A DNA stretch of 64,000 nt, taken from Eledone cirrhosa (Eukaryota). Shown here piece by piece: positions 14,506-26,369 of the stretch; the stretch's first letter is position 1; each line of letters starts with the position of its first letter. Made by a program: the position numbers and the translations under genes. The stretch spans positions 359,600,001 through 359,664,000 of the forward strand of contig OZ024741.1 in assembly GCA_964016885.1 (NCBI GenBank). Reading direction: 5' to 3'. The notes below the pieces were generated by a model. The model was not told where the DNA came from. It worked only from the letters and a program-made list of their open reading frames with translations, and did no database searches.

Positions 14506-16558
14506 TTGATGTCATGTTAGTTTCATTACAAATTGAATTGGAGTAAAGTTTGAATAATTTATAGAATGTTTATAATATTAAAATTCAATACAAATGATCT
14601 CTTCAACTAGAATTTCAGCAGCAGCAGTAGTAGTGGTGGTGGTGGTGGTAGTAATAGTTGTGGTTGTAATAGTGCTAATGGAAGCAGAAGTAGTTGTAGT
14701 AGAAGTGGTGGTAATAGTAGCAGTAGTGGTAGCATTGGTAGTAGCAGCAGTACTGGTAGAAGTAGTAGCAACAGTAGCTGGGGTAATTAATAGCAGTAGT
14801 AGTAGTATTGTAATGTTAGCAATCTAATCAACAATGTCAAAATCAAGATAAACAAGATAAAAATCAAAAGATTTATCAAGTGTCCTCTTGAACTACAGTT
14901 GATTATTTTCAGCTAGAAATGAAGAAATACAAAAGATAAATTAAATATATAGCTCATACCTATGCAGGTTTAGCTAGCCTCCCATAAAATAGCATACTAT
15001 GGTAGGTTTCTTTGATATTTTAGTGATAGGGAGCCAAGTCCAATCATACATAACCATATGCATGTTGTTACAGGTTTAGCTGACCTCCTATGAGATTGCA
15101 TCACATAGGTTGCTTGGGTGTTTTAATGATAGGGACCCAGTCCTATCATACACACACAAATATGTTGTTACAGCTCACATCAATGTAGGCTTAGCTAGTG
15201 TACTACAAGGCTACATCCCATGGGAGGTTTCTTGGTGTTTTAATGATAGAGATCCTCAATCCTATATCATGAAAAGCAATGTAAAAAGCATCTTGCTCAA
15301 CGCGCCATGCAGTCAGAGAATTGAGCTCATAACCTTTTAATTGTGGATCCTCATCCCTTATCCTTCTTTCACTGTTATGAAAGAAGAAAGAATGCAACAA
15401 TTTCCAAACTAACTAATTGCAGGGCATCACCTAAATGATTGTTGGAGGTAAATAACCAAAAAACGTTTGGGAAGAAATTGAGATAAGACAGGATTTTTTC
15501 TTAGATGATCAACAAAACACACACACACACACACACACACACATCAATAAGTTCCCAAAACTCATTCCAGGTGGAGTGGAACTTGCCTAACCAAACCAAG
15601 GAAACAATGTTTTCACTGGTCTTTCCATTATTGATACCATCTACCAACCGCAACTCCAATTTTCATATAATTTATATATGAAAATGATTATCTGATTATC
15701 AAACACATATGTTGAATGTAATTTAACTGCTAAGTTGAATGTAGTTTAACTGCTAAGTTAAAGTCTTTCTTGAACCTAGAGTCTCATCAGGCCAGAGCTT
15801 ATTCTGATTTCAAGTGACAAAGTACAAGACTTCCCCTGCCTTGGGAGGAGCTGTCAATCCTCCCCAGCTGCTGCTGCTGGCACTTATTTTTATCCAGAGT
15901 GGACTGGAGCAATGTGAAAATGAAGTGTCTTACACAAAGACATAACACAATACTCAGAGCCTTGGAATCAAACCCATGATTGTGTGATTGTGAGACCAAC
16001 ACCCTAACCACTAGGCTGCATGAAAATGAAAATTAAATTTACAGCTCACACCTATGCAGTTTCATCTGGCCTACTACCAGGTTGTGTCCCATAGCAAGTT
16101 TCTTGGGAGTTTTAATAATAGGGGCCTCAGTTCTATCACAAAAAGTGATGTGAAATGAAGCATCTTCCTCAAGAATACAACACACCACCTGGTCCAGGAA
16201 TGAAACCTTATGATCATGAGTCCAACACCTAACCATTAGACCATGTACTTTCTGTGATAAACAGAAAGCATTCATTAAAAAAAACAAAAAACATGGATCT
16301 AATTTTGTTATGGCCCGTGATCACTAACATCCACTAGAGAAATATGGTTTCAGCTGAAATAAACAGATTGGAAGAAGAAACATAATACATAACACGTGCA
16401 TTCTTTACTTTTAAAAGAAGCACCATCTAAACATGAAGCTTCATACAAATGAACAAATCCAACTAAATATACATAATAAAGAACTCTTTCTCAAATATTG
16501 TCATAAATATATAGGCTTTCATAGCTGGCAATATGTGTGCATGTGTGTGTATATATAT

Positions 16559-16610
<52 letters not shown>

Positions 16611-16866
16611 GAGAGAGGAAGAAGTGAGAGAGCAGCTAAGAGGGAAATTGTGCATAGGAGTAGGAGCAAGCTAAAGGAGTGGGAGAAAGAAATATGATTG
16701 CAGCTCAAGAGAGGGGGTGGGTGGGTGGGTGAAGGAATGTGAGAGAAAATGAAATTTAGAGAAATCTAAAGCGTGCATTAAAAACTAAAGCATGAAAAAA
16801 TGTCAACAATGAAAATATCCTGTGATAGAATCAAACATTCAGGTGTCCTATGTCATTGAAAGTTGT

Positions 16867-18033
16867 TCATCCAGGTTTTATATGACACTGTGGGGGCAAT
16901 ACTTTCCGTTCTTGTATAACTATTCTACTACATAGATCGTGAGCAGTCCGTAGAGGGGTACACCCTGTCTCACCGTTACGATAACGCCGAGGCAGCTTAA
17001 GTCTTTTTAACAAAATGTCATTGTAATTACTGAACTTCCTTTTGTGGCCTTCCCAGTTACCAGCGTTTGTCGTTTGGTGCACAGCAAGTATTGTCTCAGT
17101 AGCATCGATAACAGTAAAGTTGGAACGACGAGCATGGGCTACAAGCCAGTTGTCATAGGCTGGACGTCCTATCACAAGGTTAGGAATATCTTTCCAAGGA
17201 TAATTACGGTTTGTAATAAAATAATCTTCAGCATTCACCAGGAATAACTGCCCTTTTTGTCGTGCCACTCCCTTCAGGCTTTTATAGGTGGGTGCATTTG
17301 TTTTGGACAGAGATTTCACATTAGTCCTTCGCCCAATCAGAAGTAACGGATGAGTCATGTTGTCAAAGCTCATTTCTTCCATGAGCAAGAACAAAGTATC
17401 AATTAGACCATCTTCAAAGAGAATATCACCATTTGCAAAAGCGTAAAATGTAGTGTTAAAGTTTTCCATGGCTTTTAAAAACATAGTTTTCAAGACAGGA
17501 GCCCCACCAGCAGCATAATGAGATATGGGGTAGACAGTCCAGCCAGCTTCACTACAGAGTTTTTTGTATTGACTACTGTTTGTGAAAATAATGGGGTTTA
17601 CGTATTTCTTTAGTTTTATCCAATTTGATACTGTATTGTTATGGACAATATGTTTGGTTTCATTTACATCCCATGATGTAAACATAGTTAGAATTGGTTT
17701 GTTGATCTCAGGTCGAGGCTTAATGATAACATTCTCTTTACAGAAATTTACAAGATCGAGAAGAGCCCAAATCAAGTGTTTAATATCTTTGTCATTTTCA
17801 TTAACATCAGGACAATAGCTATGAAGAATTTCCTTGAAAGTCTTGTAACCTTTAGACTCAATAAACTTCATAGACACTTTCAGATACGTATTTAAATCAC
17901 AGTTGTTCTCCCAGGTGGTAGACTTGTGGAGGTAACGTTGAGAGTAGAAGATTATATTGCAGGTCAGTGTCAACATGAGAACAATAAAGAGCACGTTACC
18001 AGAACGCCTCCCCAACCAAAAGTTGTGCCACAT
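16867..18033 (-). CDS. Type II membrane glycosyltransferase-like protein (predicted GT-A fold), 388 aa, single coding exon
   Basis: Uninterrupted non-repetitive ORF; N-terminal signal anchor VLFIVLMLTLTCNIIFY; stem region; motifs PILTMFTSW, GAPVLKTMF, FYAFANGDILF (DxD-equivalent), LLIGRRTNV, AEDYFIT, IPNLVIGRPAYDNWLV, VIDATETILAVHQ. The product call is by motif recognition only. Confidence 0.8.
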   Translation of the reverse strand: MWHNFWLGRRSGNVLFIVLMLTLTCNIIFYSQRYLHKSTTWENNCDLNTYLKVSMKFIESKGYKTFKEILHSYCPDVNENDKDIKHLIWALLDLVNFCKENVIIKPRPEINKPILTMFTSWDVNETKHIVHNNTVSNWIKLKKYVNPIIFTNSSQYKKLCSEAGWTVYPISHYAAGGAPVLKTMFLKAMENFNTTFYAFANGDILFEDGLIDTLFLLMEEMSFDNMTHPLLLIGRRTNVKSLSKTNAPTYKSLKGVARQKGQLFLVNAEDYFITNRNYPWKDIPNLVIGRPAYDNWLVAHARRSNFTVIDATETILAVHQTTNAGNWEGHKRKFSNYNDILLKRLKLPRRYRNGETGCTPLRTAHDLCSRIVIQERKVLPPQCHIKPG

Positions 18034-18072
18034 GACCTAACACAGTAGAGATGGCACTGCAAAGGAAGAGCC

Positions 18073-18105
18073 CTGCCAAAAAGAAAAGAAAAAAAAATTG
18101 TTAAT
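18073..18105 (-). promoter_or_regulatory. Probable splice acceptor of a 5' UTR intron of the 388-aa gene
   Basis: Minus strand TTAAC (branch-like), a T-rich pyrimidine tract, then GGCAG|GGCTC; the exon would start at 18072, 39 nt upstream of the ATG. Confidence 0.65.
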
Positions 18106-18744
18106 AATGAGGATATCAAGTAGATTTTCAAATTTAAGACAATTTCATTGGTTTCAATTATTCAAAACAATTACTTTAGTATACAATTCTTCAAAAAGAA
18201 ATTGACAAAGTTCCAACAGTTAAATATAAACAGAGACATAACAGTAGCAAAACTATTTCAGCTAAACTATGAAAGAATAAGTTAACTATCCTGTTAAGAG
18301 GGATGATTATTTGTATCCTAAATAATTGTTAGTTCTTCTTTCCAAAACTTATTTTCTTCCCAAATATGAAGCATATGAGCAAGATGAGGTCACTATAACC
18401 TGTCTGGTCTCAAACTGTGACAACCTGTCAAACCCATACCAGCATGAAGCAGGCATAAAATGATTATATGATCACCATTATCACTATTTAACCTCTATAC
18501 TCCATGCTTGTATGGGTGAGACAGGTTGGAAGCCCTACGAGAGTGTAGGTGTGGGCAAAACCTGATCAAATGACCAGTTCTTTCTCTCTATTCCTTGTGG
18601 CTGGCTATGAGTGGGAGGATGGGGGTGCATATTTGATAGAAGGACCAAAAGTTTTGTCTGTTTCTTTCTTTATTCCTTACGCTTGCCAGATAGCAAGCTC
18701 ATTTTGTTGGGAAAGGCCGTCAGTACACATGATATTCTAGAAAG

Positions 18745-20242
18745 TATATCATAATCGTTTTTATGTACATTTTTCCACACTTGCATGGGTTGGATGAGTC
18801 CTTTTCAGCATAGCAGCTCCCCACTTGTGTACCTTTGTCATCTCCTCTGAGTCTCAGCGATTTGAGATCAGCTCTCAACCCTCTGCTCAGGTCTTCCGTG
18901 GTCTACCGATATTACTGCTTCCTCCCTCTTTGATTTCCAGACACTTCTTCACCCAGCAATCATCATCCATGCACATAAAATACCCATACTGATGTAGTCT
19001 TCTCTCTTACACAACACCTCCGATTCCTCTTAAATCCAGTTTCTCACTTCATCCAAGCTCTGCTGTTCTCTCACATGCATATTGCACATCCAACAAAGCA
19101 CGACTACTTCATTTCTGTCCAGCCTATGCATGTCCTCTGCAGTCACTATGCAGGTTACTAGTTCAGCTCCTGCTTCTCCAGATGCTTTTAGCATCTCAGC
19201 AACTATCTGTGACAGGAGTTCCATCTGCGTATAGGAGTTCCCATGGGCAGCCGGTCTTGAACTCCTCTGTTATAGCCTGAAGGGCAATAATAAATAGGAG
19301 GGGGCTAAGGACGGAGCCCTGATGAACAACTTTTACGCCAAACTCTTCACTATATTCGTTGTTAATTCTAACCTTGCTGACTGTTTCTTTATACATGGCT
19401 TGTATAGCTCTCACAAGCCATTCATTAACACCTATTTTTCGGAGAGCCCAGCAGATAATGGGGCGTGGGACTCTCTCAAAGGCTTTTTCCAAGTCAACAA
19501 AAGTTAAGTATAGGGGTTTACTTTTATCTAGGTACTTCTCCTGTAGTTGTTGTACAATGAAAAGAGCGTCTGTGGTACTTTTACCCGACACAAACCCGAA
19601 CTGCATTTCATCTAGCTCAATTCACTCTCTGATTAGTTGCGTTATTACTTTTTCTGTAACCTCCATGACCTGGTCAATTAATTTAATGCCTCTATAGTTT
19701 CCCCTATCTAGGGTGTCTCCTTTACCCTTGTAGCAGTTAATGATGATGATGCTACGCCAGTCCTTTGGTATGACCCCATTCTGTATGACTTGGTTTACTA
19801 TCCGGGTGACCATAGTGTGCACCACCACCACCACCTTATTGTTCCACCACCAAGTCACTCTCCTCCTGCCTGTGGTCTTACTCCAGCCACAGATCTCATC
19901 CGTCGCCTTTAGTAAGTTATTTTTTAGGAACTCCCAGTGCTCTTCTACATTGAATGTCTATCTGTTCTTGAGGCGTTGAGTAAAATATCTTTAAATCTGT
20001 TACTGGCTGAGGGGTCTTTCAGCTTCCAGATCTTTCTTCTCCAGGTTGGCCTCTGTTTCCAGGTTCATCTAGTTCTGACCGTGAGGTCGCTGACAACTAA
20101 GCTATGTTGGGAGGTACATTCCTCACTAGGGAAGGCTTTTGTGTTTACGACAGTCCATCTGTCACGTCCTCTGATGAGGATAAAATCTATCTGACTAGAA
20201 TGCTCCCCTGATCTATAGGTGATCAGGTGGTTGTCGGGTTTT
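18745..20242 (-). mobile_element. Degraded RTE LINE (family A-like), internally deleted
   Basis: Fragments QFGFVSGKSTTDALF, FVDLEKAFERVPR, HQGSVLSPLLF, ELLYADG, and APE C-terminal QIDFILIR...TSQHSLVV. Confidence 0.85.
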
Positions 20243-20317
20243 ATATATATATATAAATAGTTCCACAAAAGTTAGTTCACCATACCGAGAAATGTTACAC
20301 CTTATTTGGGTCCTCAG

Positions 20318-20360
20318 ACCGAGCTGAGGATCCGAATAAAGTGAAACATTTGTCCTCGGT
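20318..20360 (+). ncRNA. Minimal type I hammerhead-like motif in the right arm of an inverted repeat (20258-20386)
   Basis: ACCGAG-CTGAGGA-tccgaataaagt-GAAA-catttGTC^CTCGGT: perfect 6-bp stem I, intact core, weak stem II, short stem III, GUC triplet. Confidence 0.55.
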
Positions 20361-20722
20361 ATGGTGAACTAACTGTTGTGGAACTACTTCTACCAAACTC
20401 ACCCCATGGATTGAGTGTTCTACTACTATGGATATAACCCACCAGTATTCTATTATATACACTTCACACAAAGTAAAATATTTCGTTTTAATCATTTTCT
20501 AACCCAGAAAAAAGAGAGAAATAAATAAAAAGGGAAAAAAATTATTTTTCTTCCTAATAATCGTCTTTCTCCCCGTTTTCATATATATATATTATTAGCC
20601 GTCGAAACGGCTTGAGCTCAGCCGTCGGGGTCCTACTCGTTCCTATTACCCACTCTACTACCCTAAGTATTGAGTACTTTGGTGCGTTATGGTCCATCTC
20701 GTTCCTTACCACATTTCCTTCG

Positions 20723-20760
<38 letters not shown>

Positions 20761-20807
20761 GTGTGTATGTGTGTACCATAATGCACCAGAGTACATATAT
20801 GTGTGTA

Positions 20808-21093
20808 TCATCATCACTTTACGTCCGCTTTTCCCTGCTTGCAAGGGTGGGACGGGAACTGATTCTGGCTCGATTTCTACAGCTGGATGCCCTTCCTAAC
20901 ACCAACCTCATTTACAGTGAGTGCTGGGTGCTTTTTTGCCGTGGCACCTCCACGACCACTTTGCAGTGGAATGATAGAGACCCCAGTCCCTATCATCTCA
21001 TTTCTACAGCTGAGTAAACTGGAGCAATGTGAAATAAAGTGTCTTGCTCAAGGAAACAATACATCAACCGGTCTGAGAATTGAACTCACAACC
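20808..21093 (-). mobile_element. Truncated, internally deleted copy of the SINE at 6783-7222
   Basis: Near-identical body, hairpin and RTE tail. Confidence 0.8.
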
Positions 21094-21094
21094 A

Positions 21095-21153
<59 letters not shown>

Positions 21154-21489
21154 CATACATACACACACACGTTTATGCACACACCCCCACACATTCAGAT
21201 ATACATATATATTAGTACTAATATAGAATATAAGAAAGGGGTCAGAGTAAGTAAATGAATGGATAAATAAATGAGTTGCAGTGAAATAAATACTAAGTCT
21301 TTTCAGTCAGGTTAAGTTACATCTAAGGACCAAAGGGTTGTATTGAGTTCTAGGTTGTGACGGTATAAACCTAAGAGATAAAGAATAAGATTTATAGAAA
21401 TTTATTCTAAAAATAAAAAAAAATTGTTGAGCCTAGTAATTCAGTCAGGGATTAGAGTTAAAATACGAATGGGAAATTATGAAAGAAAA

Positions 21490-22348
21490 ATTACATGAAC
21501 AGGATTGATAAGCGCAGCCAAGTTGGAAGTGGTATATTGACTGGCGGGTGTGAAATCAGTCGGCTGAAATTTACAGACGACATGGTGTTACTTAACTCGC
21601 CAAAAGATGATCGACTTGCACTCGATAGGTTTGATGCCGAGTGTTGCATGGCTGAAATGAAAATCAGTGCTGCGAAAACTGAGACGCTCTTCCGCTCAAG
21701 GAAGACTGTGCAGTGCACTCTACATATGAATGAAGTTCCACTGGAGCAGGTAGAGAAGTTCAAGTATCTCGGGGCCATGTTCACAAATGATGGAAGGCAA
21801 GAAGCTGAATTAAGTGCAAGAATTGCAGAAGCTGGTGCAGTAATGCGCCAGCTTCAGCATTCAGAGGAGGGAGGTAGACGTAAAAGCTAAACTCACTATC
21901 TTCAATTCAGTATTCATCCCAACCCATACCTATGGTCATGAATCTTGGGCAATGGCCGACAGAATATGATCGCAAATACAAGCAGCTGAAATGGGGTTCC
22001 TCCGAAGGGTCTTAGGAGTAATGTTACTCAATAAAATGTGTAGCTCAGAGATCCAAGAGTCACTCTCGTAGAGCTGCTACTTCTCCGAATTGAGAGATCA
22101 CAGCTCTGATACCATGGGCATGTGGTTAGAATGTCTCAGGAAAGAATCGCTGGACAGATTTTATGAGCAAAACCAACAGGCAGGAGACCCAAGGGTAGAC
22201 CCCAAGTAAGATGGTTGGGTAACATCCATGAGCTTGGCTGGTCATGCTTGGGGGTCCAGCCGGATCAATTAGAAACGGTTGCTTCTAACAGGACCCACTG
22301 GATGGAGTGTTTGGAGATTTTGCGCCACAACCCTCTCAGGAATAAGCG
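21490..22348 (+). mobile_element. RTE-clade LINE 3' fragment, Rex3/Expander-like
   Basis: SRLKFTDDMVLL, LDRFDAECCMAEMKISAAKTE, EQVEKFKYLGAMFTNDGR; later frames give TYGHESW and TGRRPKGRP; 3' end CGCCACAACCCTCTCAGGAATAAGCG plus an A-rich tail. Confidence 0.8.
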
Positions 22349-22689
22349 AAAGAAAAGAAAAAAGAAAAGAAAGAAAAAAGAAAGAAAAGAAAAAAGAAAA
22401 AGAAAAGGAAAAAGATAAACAAAAAAAGATAAAGAAAAAGAAGAAACTGATAATAATAATTGTTTCTACTTTCGGCACAAGGCCAGCAATTATCCCAGTA
22501 TATTACTGGTAATTTATTTTATCGACCCCGTAGGGATGAAAGGCAAAGTTAGCCTCGGCGGGATTTGAACTCAGACCATAAAGAGCCATAACTCTTTGCT
22601 GCAAAGCATGGCGTCTGACCCTCTACCGATACTGCCAATACACCGCCCTTAATAATAATTAATACTCAAAGTTCAGTAGGAGTACAATC

Positions 22690-22960
22690 AACAAGCTATG
22701 GGATAATGCAGAAACTTTAGGCTCAAGGCCAGCAATTCATTGCCATTCGTTTTTTGAACGAATGGCAATGATTGTGCCAACGTTCTTTAAATTTTGTAGC
22801 AGTAGCACCTATGTGTGAGTATACTCTGTTGCTAGTACTAATCCTACATTCATATACTATATTTTTAATGAGGCATATCCCTTCTAAAAGGCATGAGGTG
22901 GCTATCCAACAGTTACACATTTTTTCCATGAGTGGGGGGTAGGGGGAGGATTCTGTTATG
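22690..22960 (-). mobile_element. Penelope-like element GIY-YIG endonuclease remnant
   Basis: CNC...CLLEGICLIKNIVYEC...HIGAT...FKERWHNHCHSF, collinear with the better-preserved ORF at 59456-59923. Confidence 0.7.
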
Positions 22961-23421
22961 TTGTAGAACCTTAAGTGCTGAGTTACTATTTGTACCGTGA
23001 CATGATGATGTTATTGCCCCTGAGGTAATAGGTATATGGTCAACTGTGGGGGAGAGATTGAGTCAGGTAGTGAGTTGTGGTTCAAACCAAAGGTTCTCAA
23101 CGAGGGGGGGGGGGTGACAACAGTTACAAGAACAACTTCAACAGAAATGACAACAAAAAGAAGCAATGTTGATGAAAGTGTGGGTGTATACATATACACA
23201 CACACAGACACACAGGCCTGTGTTAGTCTTTGATGAGATTGAGAACCTGGTCAGCTTTCAGCCAGAGCTGTGGTATTTAATCTCTTTAGGTAATAAAATC
23301 TGGAGACAGAATTTTCTCCGTACCTAAAAAAACAAAAACAAATAATCATGTCAACATCCTTACACACTTAAATATAAATGCATGTATATATACAAATGTA
23401 TAAATACAAACAGAAGGAATT

Positions 23422-23617
23422 TAAAACGGTGATGATGATGATGATGTATATATACATATGTATAAATGCATAGCTATATACATACGCAAATGTATGTATG
23501 TATATATGTATGTATGTAGTTTATATATATATATAAACTACATACATACATACATTTATGTATGTATATAGCTATGCATTTATACATATGTATATATACA
23601 TCATCATCACCGTTTTA
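23422..23617. repeat. ~195-bp imperfect palindrome that includes the LINE 3' terminus
   Basis: TAAAACGGTGATGATG...GTAGTTTATATATATATATAAACTAC...CATCATCACCGTTTTA; the arms are reverse complements apart from small indels. Confidence 0.8.
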
Positions 23618-26347
23618 CGTCCGTTCTTCCATGCTAGCATGGGTTAGACGGGTTGTCCTGTTGTGGGCAGTGTCTGGTCGGCTGACCATGTCTTGCTCAT
23701 ACAGGAACTGATTTTGGCTTGGTTTCTACAGTTGGATGCCCTTCCTAACACCAACCTCATTTACAGTGAGTGCTGGGTGCTTTTTTCCGTGGCGCCTACA
23801 CGCCCACTTTACAGTGTGGGCTGGGTGCTTTTTTGCTGTGGCACCTCCACGACCACTTTGCAGTGGGAGGGTGCAGGGGCATATTGTCTATATGCTTCAG
23901 CTTGTACCCATGGGAGGTCGGGTACTCTGTATTACTGCGTGACACCAGAGGTCACAGTCGTGTGTCATCGCCTTTGAGAGGTGCAACTGGTTAAGGTCGG
24001 CCCCTATCACCTCATCCCAGGTCTTCTTGGGTCTCCCCACTCCGCGGCTTCCATTGACTTCTAGTGCTCTGCACCTTTTTATGCAGCTGTCATCCTTCAT
24101 ACGCATCACATGTCCATACCAACGCATCTGCCTCTCCTGCACACACCATTTGATTCCTCTGATGCTCAGCCTCTCTCTCAATGCTTTGCCGTTCGTGTAT
24201 ATTACTATTACACATCCATCGGAGCATGCAGGCTTCGTTTCTTTCTAATCTACGTAAGTCTTTCCCCTTCAGCGCCCAAGTCTCACTACCATGTAACATT
24301 GCTGTTCGGATACACGCATCATACAGTCTGCCTTTCATTTTGAGGGAGAAGCCTTTTGCAGCTAGCAGTGGCAGTAGTTCCCTGAACTTCTTCCATCCCG
24401 TTCTTACTCTAGTTATTGTACTTTCTGAACACCCACCTCCGCTGCTAATTCGGTCACCTAGGTAGCAGAAGCTGCCTACTGTTTCTACAGAGCCCACCCA
24501 GAGATTGGTGGTACTTGTTTCCTGTGGCTGTTTGCTGCTTGCTGTCCCAGCACAGCTGCTACATGTGAAGCCTACATTCTTAATTAAGCCTCCTTAGATC
24601 CCGCTACATCTCTTGTGTACCCATTGTTTGCATTTGGGGAAGAGAATGGAGTTCCTACCTACACCTTTCCTACATACTGAGCAAGGCCATTTCCCTGAGG
24701 GGATCTGGGTTCTGTTTTCTCGTCTACTTACAAGGACCTTAATCTTTGTCATGTTGACTTTGAGACCCTTTCTTTCTAGTCCCTGCTTCCAAGTTTGGAA
24801 TTTCTTCTCTAGTTCTACTATAGATTCAGCTATAAGTGCGAGGTCATCTGCATACAGGAGTTCCCATGAGCATCCAGTCTTAAACTCCTCCGTTATTGCC
24901 TGCAGGACTATGATGAACAAGAGAAGGCTAAGAACAGAGCCCTGGTGGACACCAACCTGTATGCTAAATTCCTTGCTATACTCATTGCTAATCCTAACTT
25001 TGCTGACTGCTCCCCTATACATGGCTTGTACAGCTTTCACAAGCCATTCATCTACTCCTAGTTTTCTAAGAGCCTACCAGATTATAGCACGTGGAACTCT
25101 GTCAAAGGCTTTCTTGAGATCGACGAATGCCAAGTAGAGTGGCTTACTTTTAGCTAGGTACTTTTCCTGTAACTGCCACACAAGGAAGAGGGCATCAGTG
25201 GTGCCTCTTCCTGGTACAAACCCAAATTGCATCTCATCTAGTTTCACCCGGTCCCTAATCAACTGTGCTATAACTCTTTCTGTTACTTTCATGACCTGGT
25301 CCATCAGCTTTATACCTCTATAGTTTCCTTTATCTAGTGCATCACCTTTACCTTTGTAGCAGTTGACAATGATGCTACTGCACCAATCTTTTGGTAAGAC
25401 ACCTTCTAGTATTACCTGGTTAACAATACGTGTGGTTATAGTGTGACCTACAGACCCAGATGCCTTCAGCATCTCGGGCAGCTATACCCGATGGACCGGT
25501 TGCCTTCACCATCTTCATATCTTTGATTGCCTTACTTACTACGCTGCTGCTGACTTGTACTGCTGGCCTCTCTATAGGGTCTACTTGGGGTAGGGTCTCT
25601 TCTTCCCATGCATTCTCCTCATTTAGTAATCTATTATAATGGCTCTTCCATGCAAATTTCTTCTCAGCACTTGTGAGAACAAGCTCACCTTTATCATTCC
25701 GGATACACTTCTCTACAATGACATCACAATTCTCTCTGACACACTGCCTCGCAATCTTGAACACCACCTGTTTCTGGTCCTCACTTTGCAAAACATGCTT
25801 GAATTTTCTATCCTCTGCTTCCCTCCTAGCTAAGTATACTTGTCGCCTAGCTTCCCTCTTGGTCTCTATGTAATGTACCCCCCCCCCCAGTTCTTCCATT
25901 CTTTCCATGCCTGTCTCTTGGCCTTAACTGCCTCATCTACCTTATTGTTCCACCACCAAGTCACTCTCCTCCTGCTTGTGGTCTTATCATCCGTCGCCTC
26001 TAGTAAGTTATTTTTTAGGAACTCCCAGTGCTCTTCTACATTGAATGTCTCTATCTGTTCTTCTTTACTGTCGTAGGCATTGAGTAAAATATCTTTAAAT
26101 CTGTTACTGGCCGAGGGGTCTTTCAGCTTCCAGATCTTTCTTCTCCAGGTTGGCCTCTGCTTCCAGGTTCGTCTAGTTCTGACCGTGAGGTCGCTGACAA
26201 CTAAGCTATGTTGGGAGGTACATTCCTCACTAGGGAAGGCTTTTGTGTTTACGACTGTCTATCTGTCACGTCCTCTGATGAGGATAAAATCTATCTGACT
26301 AGAATGCTTCCCTGATCTATAGGTGATCAGATGGTTGTCGGGTTTTT
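23600..26347 (-). mobile_element. RTE LINE family A, 5'-truncated, with frameshifts and stops
   Basis: ORF pieces [57 protein letters not shown]; 3' UTR with (TGA)n tail. Confidence 0.92.
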
Positions 26348-26369
26348 TGGCATTTATATTTAAGTGTCT

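Noticed and set aside
14594-14827. Val/Ala-rich 77-aa hydrophobic ORF
   Set aside because: Degenerate (GTA/GCA/GTG)n trinucleotide repeat.
18420-18530. Imperfect inverted repeat
   Set aside because: Explained by two old LINE/SINE 3' tails lying tail-to-tail.
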